Below, piece after piece: positions 52,265 through 64,000 of a stretch of 64,000 bases of DNA (positions within the stretch are counted from its first letter, which is position 1; every line of letters begins with the position of its first letter). The translations under genes and the position numbers were made by a program. The notes below the pieces were generated by a model. The model was not told the DNA's origin. It made no database searches and worked only from the letters and a program-made list of their open reading frames with translations. The DNA lies in contig CM082580.2 of assembly GCA_040954595.2 (NCBI GenBank), positions 7,542,390 to 7,606,389 of the forward strand, in the 5' to 3' direction. Source of the stretch: Balanoglossus misakiensis. Taxonomy: Eukaryota > Animalia > Hemichordata.

Positions 52265-52381
52265 AAGGGGGGAAGGGTCATATTTTGGAAAGGGGTGTTG
52301 GGGGGGGGGGGTCACCCCTTACATGATGGTCCTTACCAAATTCCCCCGACCCACCCCCTGTAATTACTGAAGGCTCCCTAA
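52265..52381. mobile_element. Possible truncated MITE end (G-rich/C-rich block ending cccctgtaattactgaaggctccctaa)
   Basis: Resembles termini of short DNA-transposon derivatives common in marine invertebrates; no matching left TIR was found. Confidence 0.3.
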
Positions 52382-52409
52382 GAACCAACTTGTTATGATT
52401 TGATGGGCT

Positions 52410-55400
52410 TCACTGCCAAGCATTTCGATCTTCGGCGTCACTGATGAAGTCCACGAGATCAGGTCGACCGATTCTCCGCAGCGCATCGCACAGCGCCCCC
52501 ACTTTATCCTTCAGCCGGCGCTCGCCGTTCCTCCACGAGATGAGCAGGTCGAACACCTGGTTCTCCAACTTGTCCGGGTTGTCGCGTTTGATTCGCTGAA
52601 TTTTGACCCTGTTGAAACCCAGCTGCCCGGCCAACAGCTCAAAATCGTCCCCGACTCTCTGTGAAACGCTTCTTAGCCCCTCCTCGCTGAAGAGACCTGG
52701 ACGATAGAAATCACAGATAAGGAATTCAATTGGATTTTGTTACCTATCCCTGGTTGGTAAAACCCAAAAATTTAATAAATCGCTTGTCGCCTTTTTGTTT
52801 TATCAAGCAAATTTGGAATACAAAACAATCAGATCACACCTACCCTGTCCTTTGATCATAGCCTTGCAGGAGGACCTCGGACGCGGTGGCGCTGTTTCCA
52901 GCTGAAAAAAGCAAACACAGATGTTATAGTAACACTGCCGCTGGAAATAAATCACGTTAGATTTGCTTGTATAAATTAAATATGGCGCATGTGGAGACGT
53001 TTTCATTTATTACATTTGTTTGCGGTTGTATGTATGTCCATCCAAGTGTCGCGTTCTTTGGCTTTTTTCTTGCTAGGTGTTTTACAAGAACTGCGTCTAT
53101 CCAGCAGAACGAGAGACTGTGTTATTGCATACCTTTGGTAAGTTGACAGAAAACTTCACCAAAAACCGCCATTTGTCGTCGCCGCCCTGCGCGCCATCAT
53201 TGACGAGAAACGTCGCTGTTCCGACGTGACTGTCCGAGGAGAAATTCCGGTAAGGGTTCAGTTCCTTGATGCGGAACTCGGCCCTATTATGGCGCCCTCG
53301 GCTGAAAACAATTGTGACGTCGTCGCGGTCTACGATGGCCAAGTTCCCCGTGAACGCCAACCTGACCGTCTGGCCCTCGAGGAGTTCGATTTCGCTGCTC
53401 GGGGCGCCCTCAAACCCCCGCTCCATAAGTTTCTCGTCGATGAACTCGGATTGGTCTTGGTGAGCCAGCTGCACTATGATTCGGTCTTTCTGTTTCTCGT
53501 GTTGGTACAGAAGTATGTTCACGAGAGACGTGCTGGTCCACTGCTCCAGCATGGCCGCCATCTTCGGCCTTGGACACTGTCCACTGTCCAGGGCTGATAG
53601 CATTACCAGTCTTAAAATGAAGTCAACGAATAATATTTTAAGACAACTTACATTAGAAAATTAGTTTCTGACAGAGATATTTTCATTCATTCATTCATTC
53701 ATTCATTCATTCATTCATTCATTCATTCATTCATTCATTCATTCATTCATTCATTCATTCGTTCATTCGTTCGTTCGTTCGTTCGTTCGTTCATTCATTC
53801 ATTCATTTATTCACTCACTCACTCAATCACTGACTCACTCACTCACTCACTCACTCACTCACTCACTCACTCACTCACTCACTCACTCATTCATTCATTC
53901 ATTCATTCATTCATGAGAAGCACTGACGGGAAGTTGTCCAAAAAACAACGCTGTGAGACTTACTTGTCGACCGGTTTTTCCAGACGCACTTCGATCACAT
54001 CATTTTTCAAGTAGGCCAACTTTGCAGACTCCCGGGAGACCTCCTTCCAGACATCGCCGTCGTTCTTGCACATTACCTGTGGCATGAGCTCGTCGGCCTG
54101 TCTAGCGCGCGAGGCCCCTGGCCCGGCAGACACTGGGCGACTCGCCATCGCCGAGCCACCCCGCTGGCCGCCGGATCCTCCGCCAATGGCCGTCTTTGGT
54201 CTGTTGCTGCTTGTCGGCTTCTTCTTTACGTTGTTCAGCGTCAAAGGTACGCGCGCGATCATTGGCTTGACGAATTCCGGTTTAGACGAGTAGTTGAACG
54301 TCAGTATTGGACTGGCGGCGTCAATGTCCCTCATGTCGTCGGGGTAGCGTTCCTTCAGCGCGGGCACGGCGTTGGTGTCGATCAGTTGAACCTGGAATGA
54401 AATGTATGATGTGAAAGCAGTCCTCAAATGTGACAATGGTTTTGTCGATTCAAATTAGCGTTGATTGATTGATTGATTGATTGATCGATTACCTCCAATG
54501 ATAACTTTGTGGGTTCTTCCAAGGATCCAGCGGGATACGCCACGCTCACTCGACGCTCCACCGCTGAACTCAGCGACGTTATTTTCTTGGAATTCCCAAG
54601 TTTAAGATTCTCCTTTATCGCCCTGGAAACTACGAAGTATGTCCTGAATTTCGTCACCATAATTTCCGCGAACATTCTCCCCTGGTTTAGAAGACAAAAA
54701 ATGATTACATGTATATTGAATTTGTACATGTATATCATATCAAAGCTCAAATGACATCACAAATATCATATTACATATAATGAGTCCTACATTCGGCCCA
54801 TATATACCATAGGAATGACAAACGAGATTCACGATTGGTTAGCCTGAGAAAGTTTCTAGTATGTGACAAAACCAGGTGCTTGGGTTCCTCATCAATGTAC
54901 TCATTACAAGCCTGATTACCTTATAATCTTCATAGACCCTCTCGGTCGCGTTGGTCTTCATGATCTCCCAGGTCTCATCGTCGGCGGTGCTCTTGACGAT
55001 AATCTCGCGATCTCGACTCCGCTGGTGCATGTCGTACGGGAAGGACACCAGCGCCGGCTCGTCCAGGGTGAACGTCTGCGGCTCGATGCGCACCACGTGA
55101 CCGAACGGCAGCTCGCCCTGGGAGAAGGCGCCGCCCATGATGTCATCCCTGATGCTGCAGGTGACGAAGAGGGCTCCCAGGATACCCTGCGGTGCCCGGA
55201 TGATGCACAGGAGTTCGTCGTCTGCCTCTTCCGTCGAGGTGTAATATCTGGAATGGAAATGACAGCGCAAACGTCAGTGAGGTGTTCTGTTGTAATGACA
55301 TTGAACAGAGAACGACGGACTTGTGAACAGCAAGTAGGAAGGTTTTAGTCTGGTTATGGACGAACCTTGCACGGACATGGACGGACACTGCAGGACACAA

Positions 55401-58400
55401 CATCGAAATATATTTTATCATATTGATTTGTTAAAACATTGACAGAATCACTACATTATACCCCAAAGTGCAACGAATACTACTTATTTGTACCCATTTT
55501 AATCGTGTGCAATTGTTCCAAAATAGTTTGTCGCGTTAAAGAAAACTTACTTGAATGTCTCCCAGTGCTTGGGATTCTTTGAATTGACGTCATCGACCAC
55601 GTTGTATGCAGCCTTCGCTGTGTCGGTTGCCTTCTTGTTAGCTTCGTGCATGGCGACGATGGAGCGATCCACATTGCGGGCGACCTCGCTGATCTTCTCT
55701 CCGGTGAATCTCTCCTGCCTCATCATCATCTCGATGTCCTTGATCAGCGTCTTCCCTTCTTCGTACGCCTTCATGGCCTCCTCGTGGGCCTGCTTCGCCG
55801 CCGCCGCCGCTTCCAGGGCGTCGTCGATGGCCTTGCGGGCTTCCTCCGTGTCCCGGCCGCACTCGTCGGCCGCCTTGGCCGCCATCTCCGACGCCCGGCC
55901 GGCGTCCTCGGCGATGTGCAGGCAGTCCTCCGCGATCTGCTTGGCGATCCTGACGACGTCGACGGCCGACGTGATCGAGGTCTTCCTGTTGGCGTTCTTC
56001 ACCGTCATCTTCACCTGGTAGCAGACCTCCTTGCATTCGTCGAGGGCGGCGCTGATTTCCGCCGTGAAGGCGCTCATCTCCTCCTTCATCGTTCTCAGGG
56101 CCTTGACCCTCTCGGCAGTTTCGGCCACCGATGTCACAGCCCCCAATATCCCCATCATCTCTTCCTTGAGTTCCTGCTCCTGTTTGGCCAATTCTTTGTT
56201 GGATCTCTCCCTGGCCGATTCCGCCTTCGTGGTCACTTCCGTGATATCCTCCCTCATCTTCTCCAACTCCATGTCGAGTTTGCTCAGGTCGGTATTCACC
56301 GCCTCTGCTTCTTCGTGCGCTTTCTTGGCCTCGTCCACGACCCCACGAAGTTTCTCCAGCGTCTCCTGCGTGTCCTTGGCAACCGTCAATAGCTCCCTGT
56401 GCGCTTTGTATACGTCCAGTGACGTGACGACTTCTGATGTGCTCTGACTGACCGTCTCGGCCGCAGATTTTGCCTCTTCGTAATGCTTCTGTAGTTCGTT
56501 GAAGTTAACTTCAGCTTGAACGAAGAACTCGTCCACTTTTTCCGCCGGCCCGTGGCTGTCGTACGCCTCTTTTATCTGCGATGCAACGGCATTAGCCGTT
56601 TCTGTGAGACTTTCCAGATTCTCGACGTGCGACCTGCACGTCTCCTGGGATTTTATCGCAGTCTCTCCTAACTCCTCGGGTTTGTCCTGCCGCTGGTCTT
56701 CTGGGACTGCGTGCCTAATCTCTTCGCAGTCCTTGACTTCGGCGTGCATGGTCTCGATCTTCTTGGCCCCTTCTTCCACGAGTGCCTTCCCTTCCTCAGT
56801 CCAGCTCTCTGCTTCACTCGCCCACTTCTCCGACTGCTCCGCCGCGTGCTGTTTCTTCGACAGAACCTTGGCCCTCTCCAGCACGGTGTGATAGTCGGCT
56901 GTCATCTTGGCGGACCGCTCCACTTTCTCGTCGGCGTCCGTCAGGGCTGCCTTGGATTTCTTGATCTGGGTCTGTATCGCCTTTTTGTTCGCCTGGTCGG
57001 CTTTCAGTTTTTTCAGCCTGTCAAGCCCCGACTCGACCTGGCCGATCGACTGTGTCGCCTCGCCGTAAACGGCCGCCATTTTCTCGCACGACTGTTCAAT
57101 GTCCGCCAGAACCCGCGCGCTGTCCTCCCTGTCTTTCTTGATCACATTGGCGAGATTCCGAAATTCTTCGATGGACTCGGCCACCGCGCTGGCGTTGACC
57201 TTTATGGCGGAGAGCGTCTCCTCCATCGATTTGATGGCCGTCCATATTTCGTCTTTCAAGACGGCGGCGATTGTCTTGTCTTTGCTCTCCTGGATCACTT
57301 TGAACGTCTTGTTAGCCACGCCCTTTGCTTCATCGAAGGCCTTCTTTGCTTTCTTCGTCTCTGAGGCCACCAAATTTCCGACCTTACTAATTTCCTTCAT
57401 GGTGGACTTTTGGTCGACTAAATTTTTCATCTTCTCGAAATGCTGAAGAGCCTTTTCTGCCGGATCTTTCACTTTGGGGGCCAAGTTCTCGAACTTGTTA
57501 CAACCCAGGGTGCCTTCCTTGATGAGTCTCTTGGCATCCGGGTTCTCAATGCCACTCTCGCGAGACTGCTCTTCGGCCTCCGCGAGACTCGTCCTCCCTC
57601 TCTTCCGGAGTTCCTCGATTGTATCTCTCAGCCTCTCTGCCTCGGAAGCCGTCTTCTGCATCTCTGCAAGCGCCGCCAGCTTGGTTTCCCTCTCCTCTTT
57701 GAACTTGTCGATCACGCGCTGCGCGTTTTCCAAGCCGGACGCTTTGAGATCCTGGACTTCTTTGCTCCAGGCTTTAACCTTTGACCCGATGTCTTCCAGC
57801 TGGTTGAAATATTCCTCGGTCTCTTCGAGGGAGGATTTCTCCTCCGTGGCGCGGACCTCCACGGCGTCTGCCAGACGTTTCACTTCCTCAATCACGCCTC
57901 CGATCTGTTCAACCAAATCCTGGCATCTGTCTCGGCTATTCTCGGCCTCTTTCAGCTGCTGTCCCATCTCGTCCGTCTCCCCGCTCAGACTCCCGAACGC
58001 CTTCCTCGCTTCCTCGGCCTTATCCTTCGCCTGATCGGCGCCCTCTTTGGCCTCGATCAACCACGCGCCTACGCTGTCCACAATTTCTCTCGCCTTTGTC
58101 AAAAACTTGTTCTTTTCGTCCATGTAGATCTCGCCCAGGGTTGCGTTAATGTCGTCCACGGTCATATGTGCGAGGGCGCTTCCGTTGAAGGCCGTTGTCG
58201 AGATTTGTTGCGCACCCTGCTCGGCCTGCTGCCCGGCCTCGATGATGCTACTCAGGGTTTTGTCCATGTTGTGAAGTTGAACAAGTATTTTGCCTAAAAG
58301 TACACAAAAAATTCATATTAAAATCAGAAGAATCAGTTGTAAATGTCCTACCATACACTTTGGCTGTTAGCAATTTACATTTAATAAACGTTCATCAATC

Positions 58401-59661
58401 GAATTTGTTTCCATGTGATTTATTTTTCGCCTTGTATACGTCTTTGGTTAAAGGCAAGTGAATGAAGCGAGAGAGACAATTTTAACGCCTACCTTGATCA
58501 CTGGCACCTCCAGATATAATTCCTGAAACACAAGGAAAGACGAGATCAATTAAATTACCCTTCAAAGTATATATTATTGCACATCGCGCCGTAATTATCC
58601 ATTCGGGTGATTAATCGATTTTTGTTCCAGGGATATCAAATTATTGCAGAGCTGGTGAAAGTCGCTTTACGAAGGAAAGCAAACCTGGTCCCTTACTACC
58701 ACAACGTAACTTTTATTTTTAACTGAATACACCTGCAATTCTAGATCTGTAAAAGCCAAAAATCAGAAAACCAGTTGACTATTGGAGCTGAAACCACTGC
58801 TCTCTATTGGGTATTATTTTTTTTCTCAGTGCATGGTTCATAAGAAAACATCCAATATCGATCCGCTTTCTAACCATTGTTTGGATTAAAGGTGAACGCT
58901 ATTGACCATCTCCAGGATTAAGCCCCCAGCGTCACGCCGGGTGTCGTCTCTAAGTGCTTTTCAACGCCGCTTGACTACGGCGTGTTGACAGTTATATGCA
59001 GGCAGACACAGGAATTGACCCTGTGTCAGACATCCTGACGGGAACCCCCATCCCCTGGTCCCGACGCAATACGATGCAAGTGTCATGGAGTCTGAGTCAG
59101 GCTTGAAATGAACAAAAAGGGTTGAAGCTAATAAGCCCCCCCCTACACACACAAGAAAATAGGAGAGATCAACAGTCGGTGTCATATAGTGGACACGACA
59201 CCGGTCCTGGGCGTTGGAATTCTCTATCAAAATTGCATCGTGTTCGTATCTTTACTACTATATCAAACATGTCAATGTATTCACACACATTCCATATGTA
59301 CTTGGGGGTACAGTTAGCCACAACAGGTGACGGTAAAGCGGTCACACTTTTTTTTGCATATATTACCTTTATGTTTCAGTTTGTTTTTCCACTTGCGAAT
59401 GACCGACTGGCTCTCGCCGAGCGCGTGCGTCAGCTCCTGCATGCCCTGCGCCAGCGTGCGGCACACCTCTTCCCCCGTCGCTATGGTATTCCCGCAGTCG
59501 TGCATCAGTTTCTGCGTGCCTTCGAGGAGGTTGTCCTCAAGACACTGCTTCACCAAGTCGTCGGCGTTACGCACCCGCTGACTTTCCTTCTTCACTTCTT
59601 CGGCCAGCAGCACCATCTTTGCCTTGGGAGCGCTCCCGTCGCTGTCCCCTTCACTCGCCAT
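52410..59661 (-). CDS. DTHD1-like protein A: long coiled coil, ZU5-ZU5-UPA, death domain; ~1611 aa
   Basis: Exons 59661-59367, 58522-58493, 58293-55551, 55247-54920, 54681-54493, 54391-53964, 53610-53133, 52901-52844, 52696-52410; phases consistent, 4836 nt. ZU5-like blocks (ELPFGHVVRIEP..REIIVKS; RVSVAYPAGS..AASPIL), UPA (EIELLEGQTV..F..N..F...RHNR), death domain (GDDFELLAGQLGF..IKRDNP..QVFDLLISWR..LRRIGRPDL). The 5' exons are less certain. Confidence 0.82.
53682..53913. repeat. Compound tetranucleotide microsatellite (TTCA)n(TTCG)n(CTCA)n(TTCA)n
   Basis: Directly visible, intronic. Confidence 0.97.
54461..54490. repeat. (GATT)n short microsatellite at the start of an intron
   Basis: Directly visible. 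Confidence 0.8.
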
Positions 59662-60608
59662 GTTTTTGCGGTGTCAAGGGTGGTACTATAGGTGTTAAAT
59701 GTTACCTGTCCCGACGGTGGTCGAGCGAAGAAAAACGGACGTCCGAGTCGAGTTATCACTGACCGCGTTGCTCATACTCGAATCGTATAGACATCGATGA
59801 ATAAATTAATGCACATCAGGTCTATATATGCAAATGAAACAGGTTTTCTTTCACGCAGGCAGGGTCGATATGATTATGCTGATTTTATTGGTTAAACCGG
59901 GAAAAGCTATTGTGATGCAAATTAAGCGAACTGAATATATCAGAGATCCGTATATCAGAGATCCTTCACTGTTGTCAGCCCAGACGTTAACCCGAACACA
60001 TCTTGAACCATACGGTAACATCTAACGCATTAGTACGAGAAACAAAATATGTATTTCACATCACCTGAATATTATTATATGAGGAATGTATAAAAAATGT
60101 AACGGACGGTATACTTATTATAGAATATATACTTTTGATGCATAGAAAATTGCATTCTGGGACGGGATTATTTTATCTGCCCTTGTAATGCTATGGACGT
60201 ATATTTAAAAAAAGGACGTATATTTCGTTTTAGTTCTGAAGTTTCAAGTCTAGTATCCTTTTGGTCTCCCCCTCTCTCTCGTAGATTTCCAGGGGGTCGG
60301 CCAATTTCAATTTTTTACAACGTTCATACCTATATATTCATAAATGGAATTGCATTTAAAATGTCATGACTGGAACTATTGCATAGAATCACACGCCTGC
60401 CAAAAACAGCGGGATATACCATCCACCTGCTTTATCGGTACATGACGTCATCAGAAACTATGTGAAATAACGATTTATCTGGCCCCCATTTCGACACTGT
60501 TCACAAAATTAAAGGGAAATTAGCTGTAACTTTTCAGTACGGTTGTTCTGTGTATCAATTTGAATCTTGAGAAAATTCTTTAACAAACATTATAATATTA
60601 GAGAATTG

Positions 60609-63600
60609 TTAATGTTTTGCCATGGTTCGCACTTTTTCATTCAAATCTGTGCGCCCGCTTTTCTTGAGGGCGGTGGCAAGGATCTCGACTTTGTTCAGAG
60701 ACTTTTTGGTTTTGTTCCTCCAGGATATCAGCAGGTCGTAGATCTGTTCTTCTGTGCTGTACGGGTGGTCTCGCTTCACCCTCTGCAGCTGACTGTTTGG
60801 CATCCCCAGGTAGACGGCGAGTCTCTCGAACTCGTCTCCGATCTCCTGGGCCAGGTCTCGCAGCGTGACATTACTAAGAGGCTCTGTCGAGAAAGGGAAA
60901 AAGGGCAAAACCAAATAATGAGGAAACCATCTTGATTTCTTTTTCGTAAGAGAAGTTGTCTCAGTGTGACAACATCGTCATTTACTCAATTCAAAACAAT
61001 ACAAAATGAAACCATTCGTGAACAATTTTATCAACTATCCCTTGCAGACTTGTAACAATAGAAACATTCACTGTTCGGTGTTCTATAGTTTTCCTCAGTT
61101 CTGGAAGAACCCTTCGCCTTTAAGTTGCCCTTGTAATCTGTGACGTCACGCGCCCCAAACAGGGTTCAACGGTGAAGTTGCGCTGCATGCCAAACTCTAT
61201 TATACGCTTACCGTCTGAATTAACGGCGTCCTTCTTAGTATGTCTCGCTTTGAATTCCCGTTCAACCTAAAACAGAATGATGCACAAATTAACATATCAT
61301 TCAAATGTGTTTCCCCCAAACTCTAGGATGGATGGGAAGATGCAACTTTTGTCTGTATGGTATGGGTAAATCAGCTGAACAAAGCAACGAGATCCCTTAC
61401 GGTCGCATTTCTGAGATCATAACGCCTCACCTTGGGTAATGCTACAGGCAAATCCGCCAGATAATTCCACTCGTCCTCCGCTACAGCCGAGTCTATGCTG
61501 ATTCTCGACGTTTCCGACTCCCTCTTGAAGAAGTGCGCGCTTCCGCGGTCGAAGTCGGAGCTGTGGTTTCGGTAAGGATCGGCCGCCTCCAGAAAGAGCT
61601 CCATCCGGTTGGAGAACGCTTCGCGGAAAACGATCTTGTGCTCGTGGTCGCCGCCGAGGGCCTCCTGGTCCATCAGCTTCACGTTCTGTTTGAACTTGAC
61701 GGTGAACTCCTGCTCCTCGCGGATCTCGATCTCGTTGCTGGGCGACGGCGGGCCCTCGTAGCCCCTCTTGCCCAGTTCCCGGACGGCCTCGTCGCACCTG
61801 TGCGACGGCACCACCTGGACGACGACGCGGGCCCGGTCTTCCACGTAATGGTGCAGGATGATGTTGGCTACCTTGACAACGCTGTTGATTTCCACGACAG
61901 CCGCGGCTTGGCTCGGGGGCGTTGATGAGCCTTCCTTCATTTGAATCGCAAGGAGTCTGACAGAACGAGAAGAAAGAAAGCAATGTATATATACAGAAGC
62001 ATATATTTTTAAATGGTATGTTGTTGTACTAATTCAGCTAGAAAAGTAAGAAAATAAGAATTTGGCTATGGCTAAGGTGTCTCCTTTAAACCTCACCTAT
62101 CAAAACCGTCGCCGACTTTAGCTTCGACCACGCCGCTCTTCTTGTACTGCATATCGGCGCCGCTGATTTTCTGCCACGAGCCCTTGGCGGCTCTTCCCAT
62201 CAGCAACACCTCCCCCGTGTTCCTGACGTTCTCCTTCTTCTTCTGCCTCTGGTCTCCCCCTCCCCTGGAGAAACTCCCCACGCCCGGTATGATCAGATCG
62301 CTCGATTGCTGATGGTGGTGGGCGGTGGAGACGGGGTGCGCGGCGGTGTCGTCGCGGTGGTCCTCGTCGTCCTGTGCCACGAGATGCGTCGGCAGGCTGA
62401 CCACCAGCGGTTTCTTGTGCTTCACGTTTCGCGAGTGTGAAAAGTGGAGCATGGGTGACGTGGCCACCAGGTGGCGCAGTGCCTCCCACTTGCTGCGCCG
62501 GGAGTGCAGTTGGTGGGTGTCCGATGGTATGACCTGTACACGCCAAAGAGAAGATGGTGCATCTTAGATCTGGACCACTCATCACAACATTACACGAAAC
62601 TTCACTTCCACACTATCTCAATTTTCATAATTGTACGTAGCTTGGTCAAAAGAAATTAAACTCCACATCCTTCAACGAACACATATTTTGGCGGTTCGTC
62701 AAACATTCAAAAAATTGCAAGCGAGACAGAACGTATATTGCTCTCAGCAGAGGATTTCCCGCTCACTACCACACTCTGGACTGCATACCTGCATTGTAAC
62801 GTCGGTCTGCATGCTCAGGTCATCCTTGGCGTACGTCAGAGCTACCCGAGGGTCGATTGACGACGTCACAGTCCCGCCTCTCTTCCCAACCGTGTGCCTG
62901 TCCCGTACAACACGTCTCACAACCACGTAGGTTGAGAAAGTGTCCACTTTGACTTCGGCAAAAGTCAGTCCCTGTCAGAGAGAAACACATGTATAGAGGA
63001 TGTTTAATTCTGCGGGAATGAGGGCGAAAGCACAAACTTTGCATAATAAACCATGCCGACAGCTGTCGAAAAACCACGACAAATATACATATAGCTGCTG
63101 TTTTACTTTCAACACGTGCACTTACCTTAAATTCATCGTATGATCGCTCGGTGGCATTTGTCGGGATGACCTTCCAGTCCCCGCTCTGGTCTTTCGCTTT
63201 GACGACCACCTCGTATCCCGTGACGCGCGCCGACGGGGCGATGTACCGGATGCCGATGAGAGCGGACTTCTTCAGTTTCACATCCTGCGGCTCCATGGTG
63301 ACCACGTTGCTGAGCAGCTCCTCGTGCTCCCCCACCACGGTCTTGGCGAGACTCTCGTTCTCCTTGCACGTGATCGTGATCCCGTCGAAGGCGCCGTCGG
63401 GGCCGCGCACCACGCTCAGGATGTCGTCCTCGTGCGATTTGTACCTGTGCGCGAAGTGACAAAAGAACGTCAGATTTTGAAGTGCACAAAACGCCGACGG
63501 AAAATCTGGCCAATCAAGCCTTGGGCGATTTACGTGGTACATGTAATTACAAGTACTCGAGTACTTGCAAATACATGTATGTTGATGAGTTATTGCTTGA

Positions 63601-64000
63601 GTTATTTTTAACATTCTACAAATTAAAAATCCTGTGATATTTCTTTAATTAATTTTAAATCAATTTATTGGTTATTTGTAGACGAGTACTTATGCTTACT
63701 TCACCATTTTCCAACCTTTCGGGTTCTTCGTCGCCATTTCTTCGACGGCCTTACTCGACCTCTCCATGCACGTCTTCGCCTTTTCGGCGGCCTTTTCGGC
63801 ATTCTGGACGCACTTCGACAGTTTGCTCTCCGATTTCGTCACTTCCTCCGCGGTGGACCGCTCCGCCTTGATGACGGTGCTCAGGTCGTCGATGGCCCTG
63901 TCTATCGCCTCCGCCGACTTGGTCACCTCGCTGCCGGCCTTCTTCGTGTCCTGCGCGGCCTCCTCGGCGATCAGTATGGCGCGCCTTGCCTCGTCCGTGT
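60609..64000 (-). CDS. DTHD1-like protein B, tandem paralogue; 5' part lies outside the window
   Basis: Exons >64000-63700, 63444-63126, 62971-62789, 62533-62097, 61956-61431, 61266-61212, 60883-60609. Same intron positions and phases as copy A; coiled coil ends KNPKGW versus KNPKHW; shared TNATER, PYRN.SSD and death domain QIYDLLISWR. Confidence 0.85.

Noticed and set aside
55551-58293. Horizontal transfer of a bacterial chemotaxis-receptor or surface-protein gene as the source of the large GC-rich helical exon
   Set aside because: No diagnostic MCP hairpin motif; the exon has spliceosomal boundaries shared with the paralogue; other long exons here are equally GC-rich.
58733-58746. 14-nt candidate microexon in DTHD1-like A with good splice sites
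   Set aside because: Inclusion shifts the frame and gives a stop early in the large exon. It could only belong to a non-coding or alternative 5' isoform, which the sequence alone cannot support.

Overview
Eukaryotic, intron-containing animal genomic DNA, most consistent with a marine invertebrate (probably a deuterostome; this is inference). Hand-splicing gives 11 protein-coding genes whose exon phases join correctly. In order: two tandem GIMAP/AIG1 GTPases (+); a TA-flanked Tc1/mariner-type MITE; a 4-exon UDP-glycosyltransferase (+) with Leu in place of the catalytic His; a solitary stem-loop histone H3 (-) with a hybrid A87-A-V89-M90 motif; a ~1292-aa RRM-KH-Macro-RING-Deltex C-terminal fusion (-), effectively PARP9/14-type and DTX3L-type modules in one chain; MOB3 (-, 7 exons); two tandem membrane-anchored pectin-acetylesterase/Notum-family hydrolases (+); a FRRS1L-like DOMON protein with an extra Reeler-like N-terminus and a GC-AG intron (-); and two tandem DTHD1-like ZU5-ZU5-UPA-death domain genes with long N-terminal coiled coils (-), the second truncated by the window edge. 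Microsatellites and small palindromes are also present. All calls come from reading the sequence and from recalled family motifs; no database search was run.
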